From: Salisapilia sapeloensis CBS 127946
Lineage: Eukaryota; Protista; Oomycota
Direction of reading: 5' to 3'
DNA: 64,000 bases
Assembly: GCA_023334545.1 (NCBI GenBank)
Contig: JAADVB010000067.1
Coordinates: 1-64,000, forward strand
Under the pieces are notes generated by a model that saw only the letters and a list, made by a program, of their open reading frames with translations, made no database searches and was not told where the DNA came from. Shown in pieces: positions 21,637-32,893 of the stretch; position 1 is the first letter of the stretch; each line of letters begins with the position of its first letter. The position numbers were made by a program, and so were the translations under genes.

Positions 21637-24221
21637 ATGGATTATAGCGCTGGTCGACGCTCGTTTGGTGCATCGAGCACGAATAACTTCCCTACAACTA
21701 GTACAGGCAATGACTCTCAAGCCACTAGTGTGAATAACGGCGGTGGAAACACTGGACAGTCAGATTATGCCGAAGAAAGAGGTACGAAGCGTCTGCTTAT
21801 GGACTAATTTCGATATACAACTCACTCCGGGCTTTGTCTAATAGAAAAATGTATCGACTTCCTAAGTACTTTTCAGTCCAGTCTAGACGATCCGAATGAC
21901 CAGCCAAAGTATCTTCGGATGATGGTAGACTCTTGTACATGTCAATAATTATATACACTCCAACCTGTTCATTGCGACGTAGCAAGAAGTCGCGAATCGA
22001 GAACGCATTGCCATTCCAATCGAACTGGATGATCTCCAAAATGTAAGACTTCTCCGTTTTTTATATACACCAATAACGTATGAAAATGATATGTTCGTCC
22101 TAGCATGTCACGGATCCAGAATTTGTCCATCGAATTGCTCGAAACGCAAAGCGTTACATTGAGCTATTTTCCGAAGCTATCGACCGCAACCTCCCTGCTC
22201 CGACACGTGACATTTCTCATGAGCAGGACGTATTAGACGTCCTTCGCCTCCAACGCGCAGAAGAGATGGCAGAGATGGAACAATCGAATAACGGGACCAC
22301 GAGCCAAACGACTCCAGCCGGGTCTGTCGCCAGCTCTGTCTTCCCTCCTCAACTCATGCGTCGATTCGAAGTGCAGCTCGTTCCGGACGTAAAAGCCAAG
22401 CCCGTACCGATTCGACAAGTCAAAGCAGGTCAAGTCGGACGACTCGTGCGTGTCAAAGGGATGGTCACACGCGTGTCGACAGTCAAGCCACTGCTAACCG
22501 TCGCAACATACACATGTGAGGCATGTGCATACGAAGTGTATCAGGAAGTCAAGTCGCGGCAGTTCAATCCTGTGACCACCTGTCCAAGTGAACGCTGCCA
22601 GACGAACGGTCTGAGCGGTCGATTGATCCTCCAGCCGAAAGCTTCTAAATTCGACAAATTCCAAGAAGTTAAACTGCAGGAACTTCCGGATCAAGTTCCG
22701 ATGGGTCACATCCCGCGCTCCCTCTCGGTCGTGTTAAGAGGTGAGTTAACGAGATCCTGTGAGCCGGGTGCGTTGATCACCCTCGCCGGTGTCTTTTTAC
22801 CTGTCCCTACGTCTGCCCAGCGACAGATGATGCTCGGTCTCGTGACAGAGACGTATTTAGAAGCAACGCACGTGATTAATCATAAGAAACGATATGCTGC
22901 GATGGAATCGAGTGAAGAGATGGAAGACGCGGTCCTGACACTCCAGAGCCAAGGAAATGTCTATGAAACGTTATCTCAGTCCCTTGCACCAGAGATCTTT
23001 GGCCATGAAGATATCAAAAAAGCGTTGCTACTGTTATTAATCGGTGGTGTCACGAAACGCATGGATGAAGGCATGACTGTGCGAGGCGACTTGAACGTCT
23101 TGCTCATGGGTGACCCAGGTGTCGCCAAGTCCCAGCTACTGAAACACATCGCGACCATTGCACCTCGTGGCGTCTACACGACTGGTAAAGGAAGTTCCGG
23201 CGTCGGTCTCACAGCGGCGGTGGTGCGGGATACAACGACGAGAGAGATGACGCTGGAAGGTGGCGCACTCGTCTTGGCTGATCGAGGAGTCTGCTGCATC
23301 GATGAGTTCGACAAGATGGAGGACGGTGACCGGACGGCTATCCACGAGGTCATGGAGCAACAGACCGTCAGTATCGCCAAGGCAGGAATTACCACGACGT
23401 TAAACGCACGCACGAGTGTCTTGGCTGCTGCGAATCCGCTCTACGGACGCTACAACAAGCGTCTATCAGCGTCGACCAACATCAATCTTCCGAATGCCTT
23501 GCTTTCTCGATTCGATCTCCTGTTCCTTCTCTTGGACGTTGCCAATTATGAGCAGGATGAAGCTCTCGCAAGACACGTCACGTACGTCCATCGTTATGCA
23601 CGAAACCCACCGATGCAAGTGACACCTGTTCCGGCTGAAGTACTCCGATACTTCATCGCCATTGCAAAGCAGTATGAACCTAGTGTCCCGGAGCACTTGT
23701 GTGGGTACATTGTCGAGGCATACGTGACGCTTCGACAGCAAGACGTACATGACCAGAGACGTCAGAACGGGAATAAGAAGAACTTTGGGAAGAGTCAAGA
23801 AGATGTGAATCAAGCGCAGACAGCCATGACCGCTCGACAGTTGCTCAGTATCTTGCGACTGTCCCAGGCGTTGGCGAGACTTCGATTCGCGACGGAAGTC
23901 GTGCATCAGGATGTGGATGAAGCGATTCGACTCGTGTATGTTTCCAAGAACTCCTTGTCGGATCCAGAGGATGGAAATGGAGGATCAGGAGATGCTGTCC
24001 GGAGTCGAAGTGGAGCAGACGCAACGTCCAGAATCTATCGTCTCGTGCTGGAATTTGCTGAAGACCATCGGACGAGGTCCATTCCGTTGAATGATGTCGA
24101 GCCAGCAGTCTTGCGGAAAGGATTTACACAGCAGCAACTACGCGAGTGTATTCGATTCTATGAACGACTGGAAGTCATGCAGCTGAATGCTACGGGGACT
24201 ACACTCAACTTGATCGATTAA
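21637..24221 (+). CDS. MCM7: DNA replication licensing factor MCM7 (4 exons)
   Basis: Exons 21637-21781, 21845-21924, 21983-22042 and 22104-24221 give DYAEERE|KCIDFL..KYLRMM|QEVANRERIAIPIELDDL..RNAKRYIELFS. Also Zn finger CEAC/CPSERC, Walker A GDPGVAKS, Walker B IDEFDKM and Arg finger SRFD. Confidence 0.97.
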
Positions 24222-24427
24222 TACATTCCCCCTTCCATCTCTTCTATCTGCTACTCGTGTCGATCGAAAGAGTAGTACTATCTCCATCTCTATACTTGTA
24301 TGCATCAACCATCTCTTCAACCTCTATCCGACTCTCTCAGAGAAGGATGGGCATAATAGACAAGAGTTTGATGAGCATGTAGCAGTAGGAAGAATGGTAC
24401 GAATCCCTCTAGACTGTATTGATTGAC

Positions 24428-24940
24428 TTATCGGAACCAGAGCTTTAGACGGAAGGCATCGTTTCCGTTCAAGTAATACCGGAACAACCGTTCGTCTCGA
24501 ACGAATCCCAAATTCTCGTACAGCCGAATGGCCCCCTTATTGGACGTCTCGGTCTCCAACGACACTTCTTCGCATCCTTCGGTATGATACAAAAGCTCGA
24601 CTGCCTTGCGCACGAGATCGGAGCCGATGCCTCGCTGTCGGAATTTGTTGTCCACTGCTAGCATCGCAATGTACCCTCTCATCTTGCCTTTCGAGTCCGC
24701 AGCATCATTCTTCCCCGTCGGTTCGTGCTCCCCTCGTGCCAACGGTTCCAATCTGCAGACGATTGCACCAATCAGTTTGTTTTTCACGCGTGCCAAGACA
24801 CATAGTTCCGGCCAATTGAAGAGAAAGTATCGATACGTAAACACCGAGTACGGTTCCGACAAATCTTTATCAATAAGTTTCACGAGCTCTGGCAGTTCAT
24901 GCTCGCCATGATACGCCCCAAAGTCGACCGGATCATCCAT
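24428..24940 (-). CDS. NAA30: N-alpha-acetyltransferase 30 (NatC catalytic subunit, MAK3)
   Basis: [64 protein letters not shown]. Confidence 0.95.
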   Translation of the reverse strand: MDDPVDFGAYHGEHELPELVKLIDKDLSEPYSVFTYRYFLFNWPELCVLARVKNKLIGAIVCRLEPLARGEHEPTGKNDAADSKGKMRGYIAMLAVDNKFRQRGIGSDLVRKAVELLYHTEGCEEVSLETETSNKGAIRLYENLGFVRDERLFRYYLNGNDAFRLKLWFR

Positions 24941-25188
24941 ATTTGCTGATCCACTCGCGTGCCATCTGCGTCAAAAGTCCTCTTCTCGCAACGTCCGACC
25001 ATTGCGAAATCAGAGCTTTAGCCAATCGCCAGTCGATTTTCGCAACTTCAATTACAGGCATACAAAGACCAAGTCAATTGCATCCTAGGCAGTTTGGCTG
25101 GACGAGAGCTCTCCGGTCTCTTGATCCGCCACGCATCCGTGCCCAGCCATTCCCCATCTTGCCTTCTAGCGCAGAAAAGTTAAAGAAA

Positions 25189-27549
25189 ATGGCCCCGAAA
25201 CGTCGTTCTCGCAAGTCCACGAAGGACCCGCACGCCGCGCTATCGACGGATGAACGTGCCAAGCTCGGTGCGGAAGCCAAGGAGCGTGGTAACACGGCCT
25301 TCGCCTCCGGCGACCACGCCACGGCCATCAAGGAGTTCTCTTCTGCCATTGCCTATGAGCCGAAGAACGTTATCTACTACTCCAACCGATCGGCCGCTTA
25401 CTTGAGCGCCGGACAGGCCACGCCTGCCCTCCAGGACGCCAAGACCTGTATCGAGATCGACCCTAAGTTCGCTAAGGGCCATGCCCGTCTCGGTGCCGCC
25501 CACTACTACGTCAAGAACTACAGCAAGGCCGTCCAGGCCTACACGCAGGGTCTGACCGCCGAGAAGGGTAACAAGGCCCTCCAGACCGGTCTGACGCAGG
25601 CACAGGCTGCGCTCCAGGTGCAAGAAGAGGAAATCTCGGGCGTTGAGATGGACGAAGCCACGCGCAAGATGAAGCGTATGGAGATCGAGGAGAAGATCAA
25701 CGCTGCCCGCAAGGAGCGTGAGGAGCGTGCCAAGCGCGCTGAGAAGGGATTCTCTGAGGTCATTGGTATCGATCTTGGTACGACCTACTCGTGTGTTGGT
25801 GTCTGGAAGGAAGGACAGGTCGAGATCATCGCTAACAGCGAAGGTAACCGTACCACGCCTTCCTGGGTCGCCTTCAACGACTCTGAACGTTTGATCGGTG
25901 AGGCCGCTAAGATCCAGGCTGCTGGTAACCCGGCCAACACGGTCTTCGACGCCAAGCGTATCATCGGTCGTCAGTTCAACGACGAAGTCGTCAAGAAGGA
26001 CGCTGCTCACTTCCCGTTCAAGATCGTGGAGGGCGACAGCGACAAGATCCTCATCGAAGTCGAGTTCAAGGGCGAGAACAAGCGCTTCACGCCGGAAGAA
26101 ATCTCCTCCATGGTCCTTACCCGTATGAAGGAGACCGCCGAGGCCTACTTGGGCCAGAACATCGGCCAGGCCGTCGTCACGGTCCCTGCTTACTTCAACG
26201 ACCAGCAGCGTCAGTCCACCAAGGACGCCGGTTCTATCGCTGGCCTTGACGTCAAGCGTATCATTAACGAGCCGACGGCTGCTGCCCTTGCCTACGGTCT
26301 CGACACCAACGCCGGTTCGGACGGTACGGCCTGCAACGTCCTTATCTTCGATCTTGGTGGAGGTACCTTCGATGTGTCCATCCTGTCCATCGAGAACGGT
26401 ATCTTCGAGGTCAAGGCCACTGGTGGTGACACTCACCTCGGTGGTGAGGACTTCGACAACAACGTCGTTGACTTTGTCGTGTCCGAGTTCAAGCGTAAGA
26501 ACCGTGGCATGGACCCCACGACCTCGGCTCGTTCCATGCGTCGTCTCCGAACGGCGTGTGAGTCTGCCAAGCGTATGCTTTCCACGACCACGAGCGCTTC
26601 CATCGAAGTCGACTCGCTCTTCGAGGGTGTTGACTTCTCCACCACGATCACTCGTGCCAAGTTCGAGAGCTTGAACGAGGAGCTCTTCAAGCGTTGCGAG
26701 GAGACCGTCCAGAAGGTCCTGAACGACGCTTCCATGAAGCCGGAGGACGTCTCGGACGTTGTCCTTGTCGGTGGTTCTACCCGTATCCCCAAGGTCCAGA
26801 CGCTCCTGTCCACCCAGTTCGGCGGCAAAGAGCTCTCCAAGTCCATCAACCCGGACGAGGCCGTTGCCTACGGTGCTGCCGTCCAGGGTGCCATCCTCGA
26901 CGGCATCCGTAACGACGCTACTAACAGCCTCTTGTTGGTCGATGTCACGCCGCTCTCCCTCGGTATCGAGACTGTCGGCAAGGTCATGAGTGTGCTCATC
27001 AAGCGTAACACGGCCATCCCGGTCCGTAAAACGCGTGTGTACACGACGGAAGAGGACTACCAGACGTCTGTCGATGTCTGCATCTACGAGGGTGAACGTG
27101 CCCACGTTGAGCAGAACAACAAGCTCGGAGAGTTCAACATCTCTGGACTTGAACGCGCTCGCCGTGGTGAGCCGCAGATCGAAGTTACGTTCGAGATCGA
27201 TGCTAACGGTATCCTCAACGTGTCTGCCCGCGACAAGAAGACGGGTGCCAAGGCCGAGACGACCATCTCGAACAACCGTGGCCGTCTGAGTCAGGACGAG
27301 ATCGACCGCATGGTCTCGGACGCTGAGAAGTACCGTAAGGACGACGCTGAGATGCTCCGCCGCATTGAGGCTCGCAACGAGCTTGAGCAGTTCATCTACC
27401 GTGCCATTGAGACCGCCCGTGAGAAGGGTGACACTAACGCTGAGAGCGCTATCCGTGACGCGCGCGACTGGTTGGAGGACCACGAGGAAGCGACGCTGCG
27501 CGAGATTGAGGACAAGAAGCGCATGCTTGAGCGTATGGTGCGTGCCTAA
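25189..27549 (+). CDS. HSP70: TPR-HSP70 fusion protein (N-terminal 3xTPR + cytosolic-type Hsp70, no EEVD)
   Basis: ATG 25189 (MAPKRR; an INR CCATTCC lies just upstream). TPRs AKERGNTAF / YYSNRSAAY / FAKGHARLG. Hsp70 motifs [35 protein letters not shown] and linker [12 protein letters not shown]. Ends MLERMVRA. Confidence 0.95.
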   Translation: MAPKRRSRKSTKDPHAALSTDERAKLGAEAKERGNTAFASGDHATAIKEFSSAIAYEPKNVIYYSNRSAAYLSAGQATPALQDAKTCIEIDPKFAKGHARLGAAHYYVKNYSKAVQAYTQGLTAEKGNKALQTGLTQAQAALQVQEEEISGVEMDEATRKMKRMEIEEKINAARKEREERAKRAEKGFSEVIGIDLGTTYSCVGVWKEGQVEIIANSEGNRTTPSWVAFNDSERLIGEAAKIQAAGNPANTVFDAKRIIGRQFNDEVVKKDAAHFPFKIVEGDSDKILIEVEFKGENKRFTPEEISSMVLTRMKETAEAYLGQNIGQAVVTVPAYFNDQQRQSTKDAGSIAGLDVKRIINEPTAAALAYGLDTNAGSDGTACNVLIFDLGGGTFDVSILSIENGIFEVKATGGDTHLGGEDFDNNVVDFVVSEFKRKNRGMDPTTSARSMRRLRTACESAKRMLSTTTSASIEVDSLFEGVDFSTTITRAKFESLNEELFKRCEETVQKVLNDASMKPEDVSDVVLVGGSTRIPKVQTLLSTQFGGKELSKSINPDEAVAYGAAVQGAILDGIRNDATNSLLLVDVTPLSLGIETVGKVMSVLIKRNTAIPVRKTRVYTTEEDYQTSVDVCIYEGERAHVEQNNKLGEFNISGLERARRGEPQIEVTFEIDANGILNVSARDKKTGAKAETTISNNRGRLSQDEIDRMVSDAEKYRKDDAEMLRRIEARNELEQFIYRAIETAREKGDTNAESAIRDARDWLEDHEEATLREIEDKKRMLERMVRA

Positions 27550-30500
27550 ACGAAGCGGAAAGACGATGCGAATGGCGGGTTAGCTTAGGGATCCCGTCAT
27601 GAGTTTTTAGTAAACTTAGTACTTATCTTTCTTTTCCACCACAATCAGAAGAGCTTTTTACGTACAATGTTCCATCCGTCTTGTCTTCTGTTTTAAAGAT
27701 ACTGCATGTAAGTCGTGTGTGCTTAGTGTAGAGGATGGCGGAGAGTGGTTGACACAAAAGACTTCACCAGGAGTGGGTCTAGCGCTGTTGTGCTTATAAG
27801 CTGTGTTAGATAGGCGTTTGAAGGTGATGGGGACGAAACGAGCGAGCTGGAGTATTTGTAGGAACGGTCTTAGCTTTGGGCGAAGGGCAGTGAGATGGAT
27901 GGATGATCTTTAGACGGACTGGACTGGCAGAGTTGGAAGGTTGTAACTGCGTTATTGATAGCAAGTGCTCGCTTCGGTTTCTTTCAGCATGCTTGTTCGG
28001 GTACAAAAGGATAAAGACGGGGTTTTCGTGGGCTGATATCGTTCTCTACTTTTAGTCTGACATAGACAAAATGCTGTGCAGCTTGTAGACGCCCAAGTCT
28101 TTAACATACTCCAAGATCATTCTATCAAACGTATCTTTATAGTAGCGATCGATTTCGTTGTCGGAATATGCCTGATTGGACAGCAAGGTAATTTAACCGT
28201 CCACGTAAGCACGATTTTATGTAGGATACTAGGCAAAGCTCTTGGAGAGAGTTGCGTGATTGTACAGGAAGACACACGGTTACCGACAGACATCATGTCG
28301 AGCAGTTATTGGCTTTTGCTAGCTTCCTATCGACGTTCCAAACAAAAAAATCAATTGAATTAAAGTAAAATGCGAGTAATAGCGATATATTAGCGATCCA
28401 AAGGGAGCAAACACTAGTGCAGCGTGTACAAACTGAGATCGGATGTTATGGTTGGTTAAAGCATCCAATTCATACAAAGAGTTGTTAGATCTCGATGCGA
28501 AATGACTCATGGAAACCTTAAGAGAATCTCTATAAGCCCCTACTTTGATCTGACTTTCGATTGTAAATTCGCGACAGTCACGATCAGCTTATTCTCTTCG
28601 CAACGATCAATCTTCATTCGCTTTTGGTAGTTTAACACGCAAGTATCACTCCACTTCTGCCTCTCCGTCATTCGCAGTTTTAGAATATCATGAGATCATG
28701 TCTCGTCGAGTTCACTTGACCATCTTTACGCCCAAACATTCTTGGTAACCCCTCCAAATGCAAAAATCTCCTTGTGGGACTATAGAGACATCACAAGTAC
28801 ATTCGCTTTAAACATTTAGTGCTCACGTTTCACGACATGCGATTGCTACTTCGCACACTGCTTGGAGTTGTAGGTGGTGAAGAGCTAAAGGCCATGCTTT
28901 TCAACCACATAGTGAATATGCAGGCTCTTGATGTCGACATGCAGCCCACAATTGACAGAGATTCTATTATTGGAACTTACCCGTGTATCCAAAGTACAAG
29001 CAGGACAAGTGGATCAAGCAGTAGTTTCGTGCATATACGACCAACTCATGCGCTCAGGACGCTGGATGATGCTCGCAGATACAATAGATCAATGTGAGCG
29101 AAGGATATCAGGTCGCAGCTGCATGTCAAGGGAGATGATTTGGAAAAGAAGACCAAAACGTTCAATGGCAACCTGGAAATTTCACTTCGAAGACATGTCT
29201 GACTATCTATCTGATGTATTCTAAATAGTCTACTCCAGCTGATAAAAGGACGGTCATTCCTGCTACCAACTCTTCGTCTATCAGCTCTCCAAGTACGCCA
29301 CTGACGTCCGATATAACAGTGCACTACTGGGCAAAATGCTCGAGAAAGCTCTTCGATAACATGTACTTCAAGTCTGAATGATAATCAGACAGGTCGTTCG
29401 GTTGTGTATATGTACAAAATGCCATAACGAACCTCAGCCACCGATATTTGTAGATTTGAAAGAGGACCATTCATTTCAGCATTTGATAGGCAAGGGAAAG
29501 AGGATGAAATCTATTGATATTATGCTTCCTGACAAACTGATCTAGTGGTTGCTTTTAAGCTACCATTGGTGAACATGGAGCGAGCAATGCTACATGAGAT
29601 TGCTGATTTCCCTACATGGTTTTCGCTCAGTTTATAAATGATGTCAACGTAAGCGAAAGTGCTTCCGTACACCTGTCTATTACGAACTTGGAAGATAAGA
29701 ATTAGAAATCGCCGCTTATGCTGGCTAGCTACCAAACATTTACATGCTCTCTTTAAGTCAGGGCAAAATGAGCCGCAAGGAACGCGCAAGGAAAAGCGTA
29801 TAGTCCAGCTGGATAGGATATAGTAGTAGGGTCGTATTTTGAGTTGGGGATCCATGACTAGCACGATGTTTCGACAAAGTGAAGGTTAGGCAGTTAGCTC
29901 TCGAGGCCGAGTCCAACTCTACCCGCTCTGCTATGTGCACGCTAGCATTTAAAAGCGACGTCATTTCCATCTTGTTGACATAAACCAAGTCATGTCAGCC
30001 TCCTAATCACCGTTTGTGTCTGGACGACTGATAGGAGTTGGGAAGTTCCTTCGCGTCACCATAATGTAGCCTAGACCTATTGGATAAACTTCCGATTTGG
30101 TGGTGGAGCGACGCCAGCACATCACATTCAGGATATAGATGTCACCATGTGCTGGAGAAGGATATAGTGAAACGACGAAGAGAGAGCCTTACTACGAACC
30201 GGCTAGACAAGTAACCTGCATGCACTGATTCGTGTCGTGCGAATCGCTTCCACATGTCACCATCAGATGGCCCATTTACCGCCAGAAATCAACCAAATTA
30301 ATCAATCTACCTCACATATTAATCAAATTTAAGTCTCCAATATATCTTTTTAAGTACTTAATCTTCATCTCTTCTTGCAACATACCCATATCTGTCGCAA
30401 TGGCATGTAAGAGTGGCGCTAGACTTGTATGAGATGACTCAGATTGCAGAAAAGATGATTTGTACAGTCGGAGGATGCGCGGACATAGTCAATTCTGCAG

Positions 30501-30681
30501 TATCGACGGTAGGAGATGGGCATCGTGTGGCCGTAAGAGTACCACTCTTTAAATCTGTCCGGTTTGTAAGTGACTCGTTTCTGTCAGGTCTCCTTGGTCA
30601 CCTCTGCTGCGCCGAACAAACTACCACAAACTATTCGGCATACAAGGCGCAAGACGCTTCTGCCTCTCGACTTCGTCCAGT

Positions 30682-30697
30682 CCTCATTTTCCGATTT
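30682..30697 (+). promoter_or_regulatory. INR+FPR core promoter of POT transporter 1
   Basis: CCTCATTTTCCGATTT (1 mismatch to GCTCATTYBNNNWTTY), 25 nt before ATG 30722. Confidence 0.7.
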
Positions 30698-30721
30698 GCG
30701 CCCAGGACGTCAAAGCTAAAG

Positions 30722-32575
30722 ATGGCGGATATCAAATCGCCAGGAATCGAGTCCCCTTCGACAGGGTACGCGAATATATGGGATTCTCGACCGAAGAAAT
30801 ACAAGAATATCATCTTCCAAGTAGCCATCTTCATCCTTGTGATGGAATTGTCTGAACGATTGAGTTACTATGGTATCAACCAAGGTCTCAAGAATTTCAT
30901 GCAGAAGATCGGGTGGAGTGTCGTGTCCTCCAGTGCCATCAAAAGTACATGGACATCCTTGTGCTACCTCACGCCCATCCTAGGTGCGTACATCGCCGAT
31001 GAGAAGTGGGGGCGATATCGCACCATCCTCGTGTTCGGTGTCTGGTACTGCATCGGCGACTTCCTCGTCGGCATTGCCGCGCACCCTGACATCATGGACA
31101 ACTCGGCAGCAGTGAACTCGATCTTCGTTACCGGGCTCTTCCTTGGTATCGGTGTCGGAACTGGTGCTATCAAGTCCAATGTCATCACGTTCGGTGCCGA
31201 CCAGTTCAATCCGCATGACGAAAACGAGATGCGTCAGAAGACCACATACTTCACTTACTTCTACTTCGCTATCAATGTCGGATCGACGTTCTCGTACGCG
31301 TACCTGTCTACGCTCTGTGTCAACGGCTCTCCTCAGATCCCAGCAGAGTACGGATACTTTGCCACGTACTTGATCTGCGCTGGTGTCTTCGCATGCTCCA
31401 TCGCAATCTTTGTTTTGGGTTCCTCCCGTTACGTCTACATGCCTCCCGTTGATCGAGCGATCTCTACTCTTGCCAGAGTATGCTGGTACGCGTCCAAGAA
31501 GACGGTCAAGGGCAAGGCTCTCGTCTACGGCTCTGGACTTTTCGTCATCGCCTTCTTCGTGAACATCGCGGCTGCATTCCTTACGACGTATGAAACTCTA
31601 TCGGAGGCACTATCTTACGTGTGTGCTGCGATCGTACTCATCGGAGTCGTCTGCTGGGTCGTTATCGGTATGAACCCCAGCTTCCTCGATGTTGCCAGCA
31701 CCGAGAACGGTGGTCCATTCGACCCTGCCAAGGTCCACGGTTACAAGTGCCTTCTGCGCTGTCTGCCATACGCCGCCTTCACGATCATCTGGCAGTGCGC
31801 ATACGATCAGACGGATGCCAACTTCCAGACGATCACGCAGCAGTGTGATCTTCGTTGGGACCGTAGCGACCCTGAGAGCAGCCAAGTCCCCGGTGCCGCT
31901 CTCGGTGTCTTCAACCCGGTCGTCATCGTCATCTGGATCCCCATCCTTGACACATTCGTGTACCCGACGTACGAGAAGTTCGCTGGCAAGCCGCCGAGTC
32001 AGTTCGGCCGTACGTGTACTGGTTTCTGCGTTGCCATCGTCGGTTTGCTCTGGGCTGGTTTCTTCGAGATGATTCGTCGTGGCGCCGGTCCGCTCGAGCA
32101 GGCGAATGGCGAGCCCATTCTTGATGATGGCAGTGAACAACCAATGAACAACATCTCGTGGGCCGCTGCCATCCCGAACTACGTCTTCGTCGGAGTTGCC
32201 GAGACCTTTGTGAACGTGACGGCGTACGATGTGTTCTACGCAAACGTTCCGCAGGGCTTGAAGAGTATCTCGCAAGCGTTGAATCTGTTGATGGTTTGCA
32301 TGGGCAGTATCATGACATCCGTCTTCACGATCATGTTCCAGCGGTACATTCCGACGGACAATCTGAACGACGCCAACCTCGAGTATATGTTCTTCACCAT
32401 TTGTGCCGTCAGTGTCGTGAACCTCGCGTGCTTCATGTGGGTGATGCTCAAGATGGACTTTGGTCTCTCTACGTCGCCAGTCATCGACACTGCAGAAGCA
32501 GATGATCCGAACGGCTTGGAGAAGATTTCTCAAGTTTCTTTATCTCGTCAAAGCTTCACGGAAGGCAAGCAGTAA
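30722..32575 (+). CDS. Proton-dependent oligopeptide transporter (POT/PTR, SLC15 family), copy 1
   Basis: ELSERLSYYG (ExxER motif), GTGAIKSNVITFGADQF and about 12 hydrophobic helices. The start is placed at MADIKSP using the INR+FPR and the paralog alignment. Confidence 0.95.
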   Translation: MADIKSPGIESPSTGYANIWDSRPKKYKNIIFQVAIFILVMELSERLSYYGINQGLKNFMQKIGWSVVSSSAIKSTWTSLCYLTPILGAYIADEKWGRYRTILVFGVWYCIGDFLVGIAAHPDIMDNSAAVNSIFVTGLFLGIGVGTGAIKSNVITFGADQFNPHDENEMRQKTTYFTYFYFAINVGSTFSYAYLSTLCVNGSPQIPAEYGYFATYLICAGVFACSIAIFVLGSSRYVYMPPVDRAISTLARVCWYASKKTVKGKALVYGSGLFVIAFFVNIAAAFLTTYETLSEALSYVCAAIVLIGVVCWVVIGMNPSFLDVASTENGGPFDPAKVHGYKCLLRCLPYAAFTIIWQCAYDQTDANFQTITQQCDLRWDRSDPESSQVPGAALGVFNPVVIVIWIPILDTFVYPTYEKFAGKPPSQFGRTCTGFCVAIVGLLWAGFFEMIRRGAGPLEQANGEPILDDGSEQPMNNISWAAAIPNYVFVGVAETFVNVTAYDVFYANVPQGLKSISQALNLLMVCMGSIMTSVFTIMFQRYIPTDNLNDANLEYMFFTICAVSVVNLACFMWVMLKMDFGLSTSPVIDTAEADDPNGLEKISQVSLSRQSFTEGKQ

Positions 32576-32893
32576 AGCGGATGTGCAGTACCTGGTTGAA
32601 ACTAGTCTCCAAAAAGAAATAAAGCCAGCCTTGTGTAAGTCAAACGATATTCTTGTTCTACTTCAACCGTTTTGGACTCTTGCATAGGTCGGCGCGAGAG
32701 TACCCTACACGTCTGCTTCATGTACGTACCACTTGGATATTCTAAATGAGAATGTATCAAGAATTTTTATACTAATGGTATGAGTATAGGTAGATGGAAG
32801 AGGGAGGAGATAAAACACTACATGAAAGTGCATTGTATTGTCAAGCAAAAGAGAGGTTACTATAGCTTTCCCCTATCGATCGCAGAAAGCTTG

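Noticed and set aside
21797-22039. Minus-strand 80-aa ORF that superficially resembles an MCM N-terminus
   Set aside because: The true MCM7 N-terminal exons splice cleanly on the plus strand over the same bases.
24943-25188. Upstream extension of the HSP70 ORF
   Set aside because: It begins at a non-ATG codon, overlaps the NAA30 promoter, lacks the codon bias of the gene and contains an INR. The first ATG is at 25189.
25240-27483. 747-aa antisense ORF opposite TPR-HSP70
   Set aside because: It is exactly in codon register with the sense gene, so it only reflects the absence of TTA/CTA/TCA sense codons. This is the known HSP70 antisense-ORF artefact, once proposed as a glutamate dehydrogenase in the oomycete Achlya and later attributed to codon bias.
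30413-30721. 103-residue N-terminal extension of POT1 in the ORF track
   Set aside because: An INR+FPR lies inside it, and the paralog starts at the equivalent MADIKSP.
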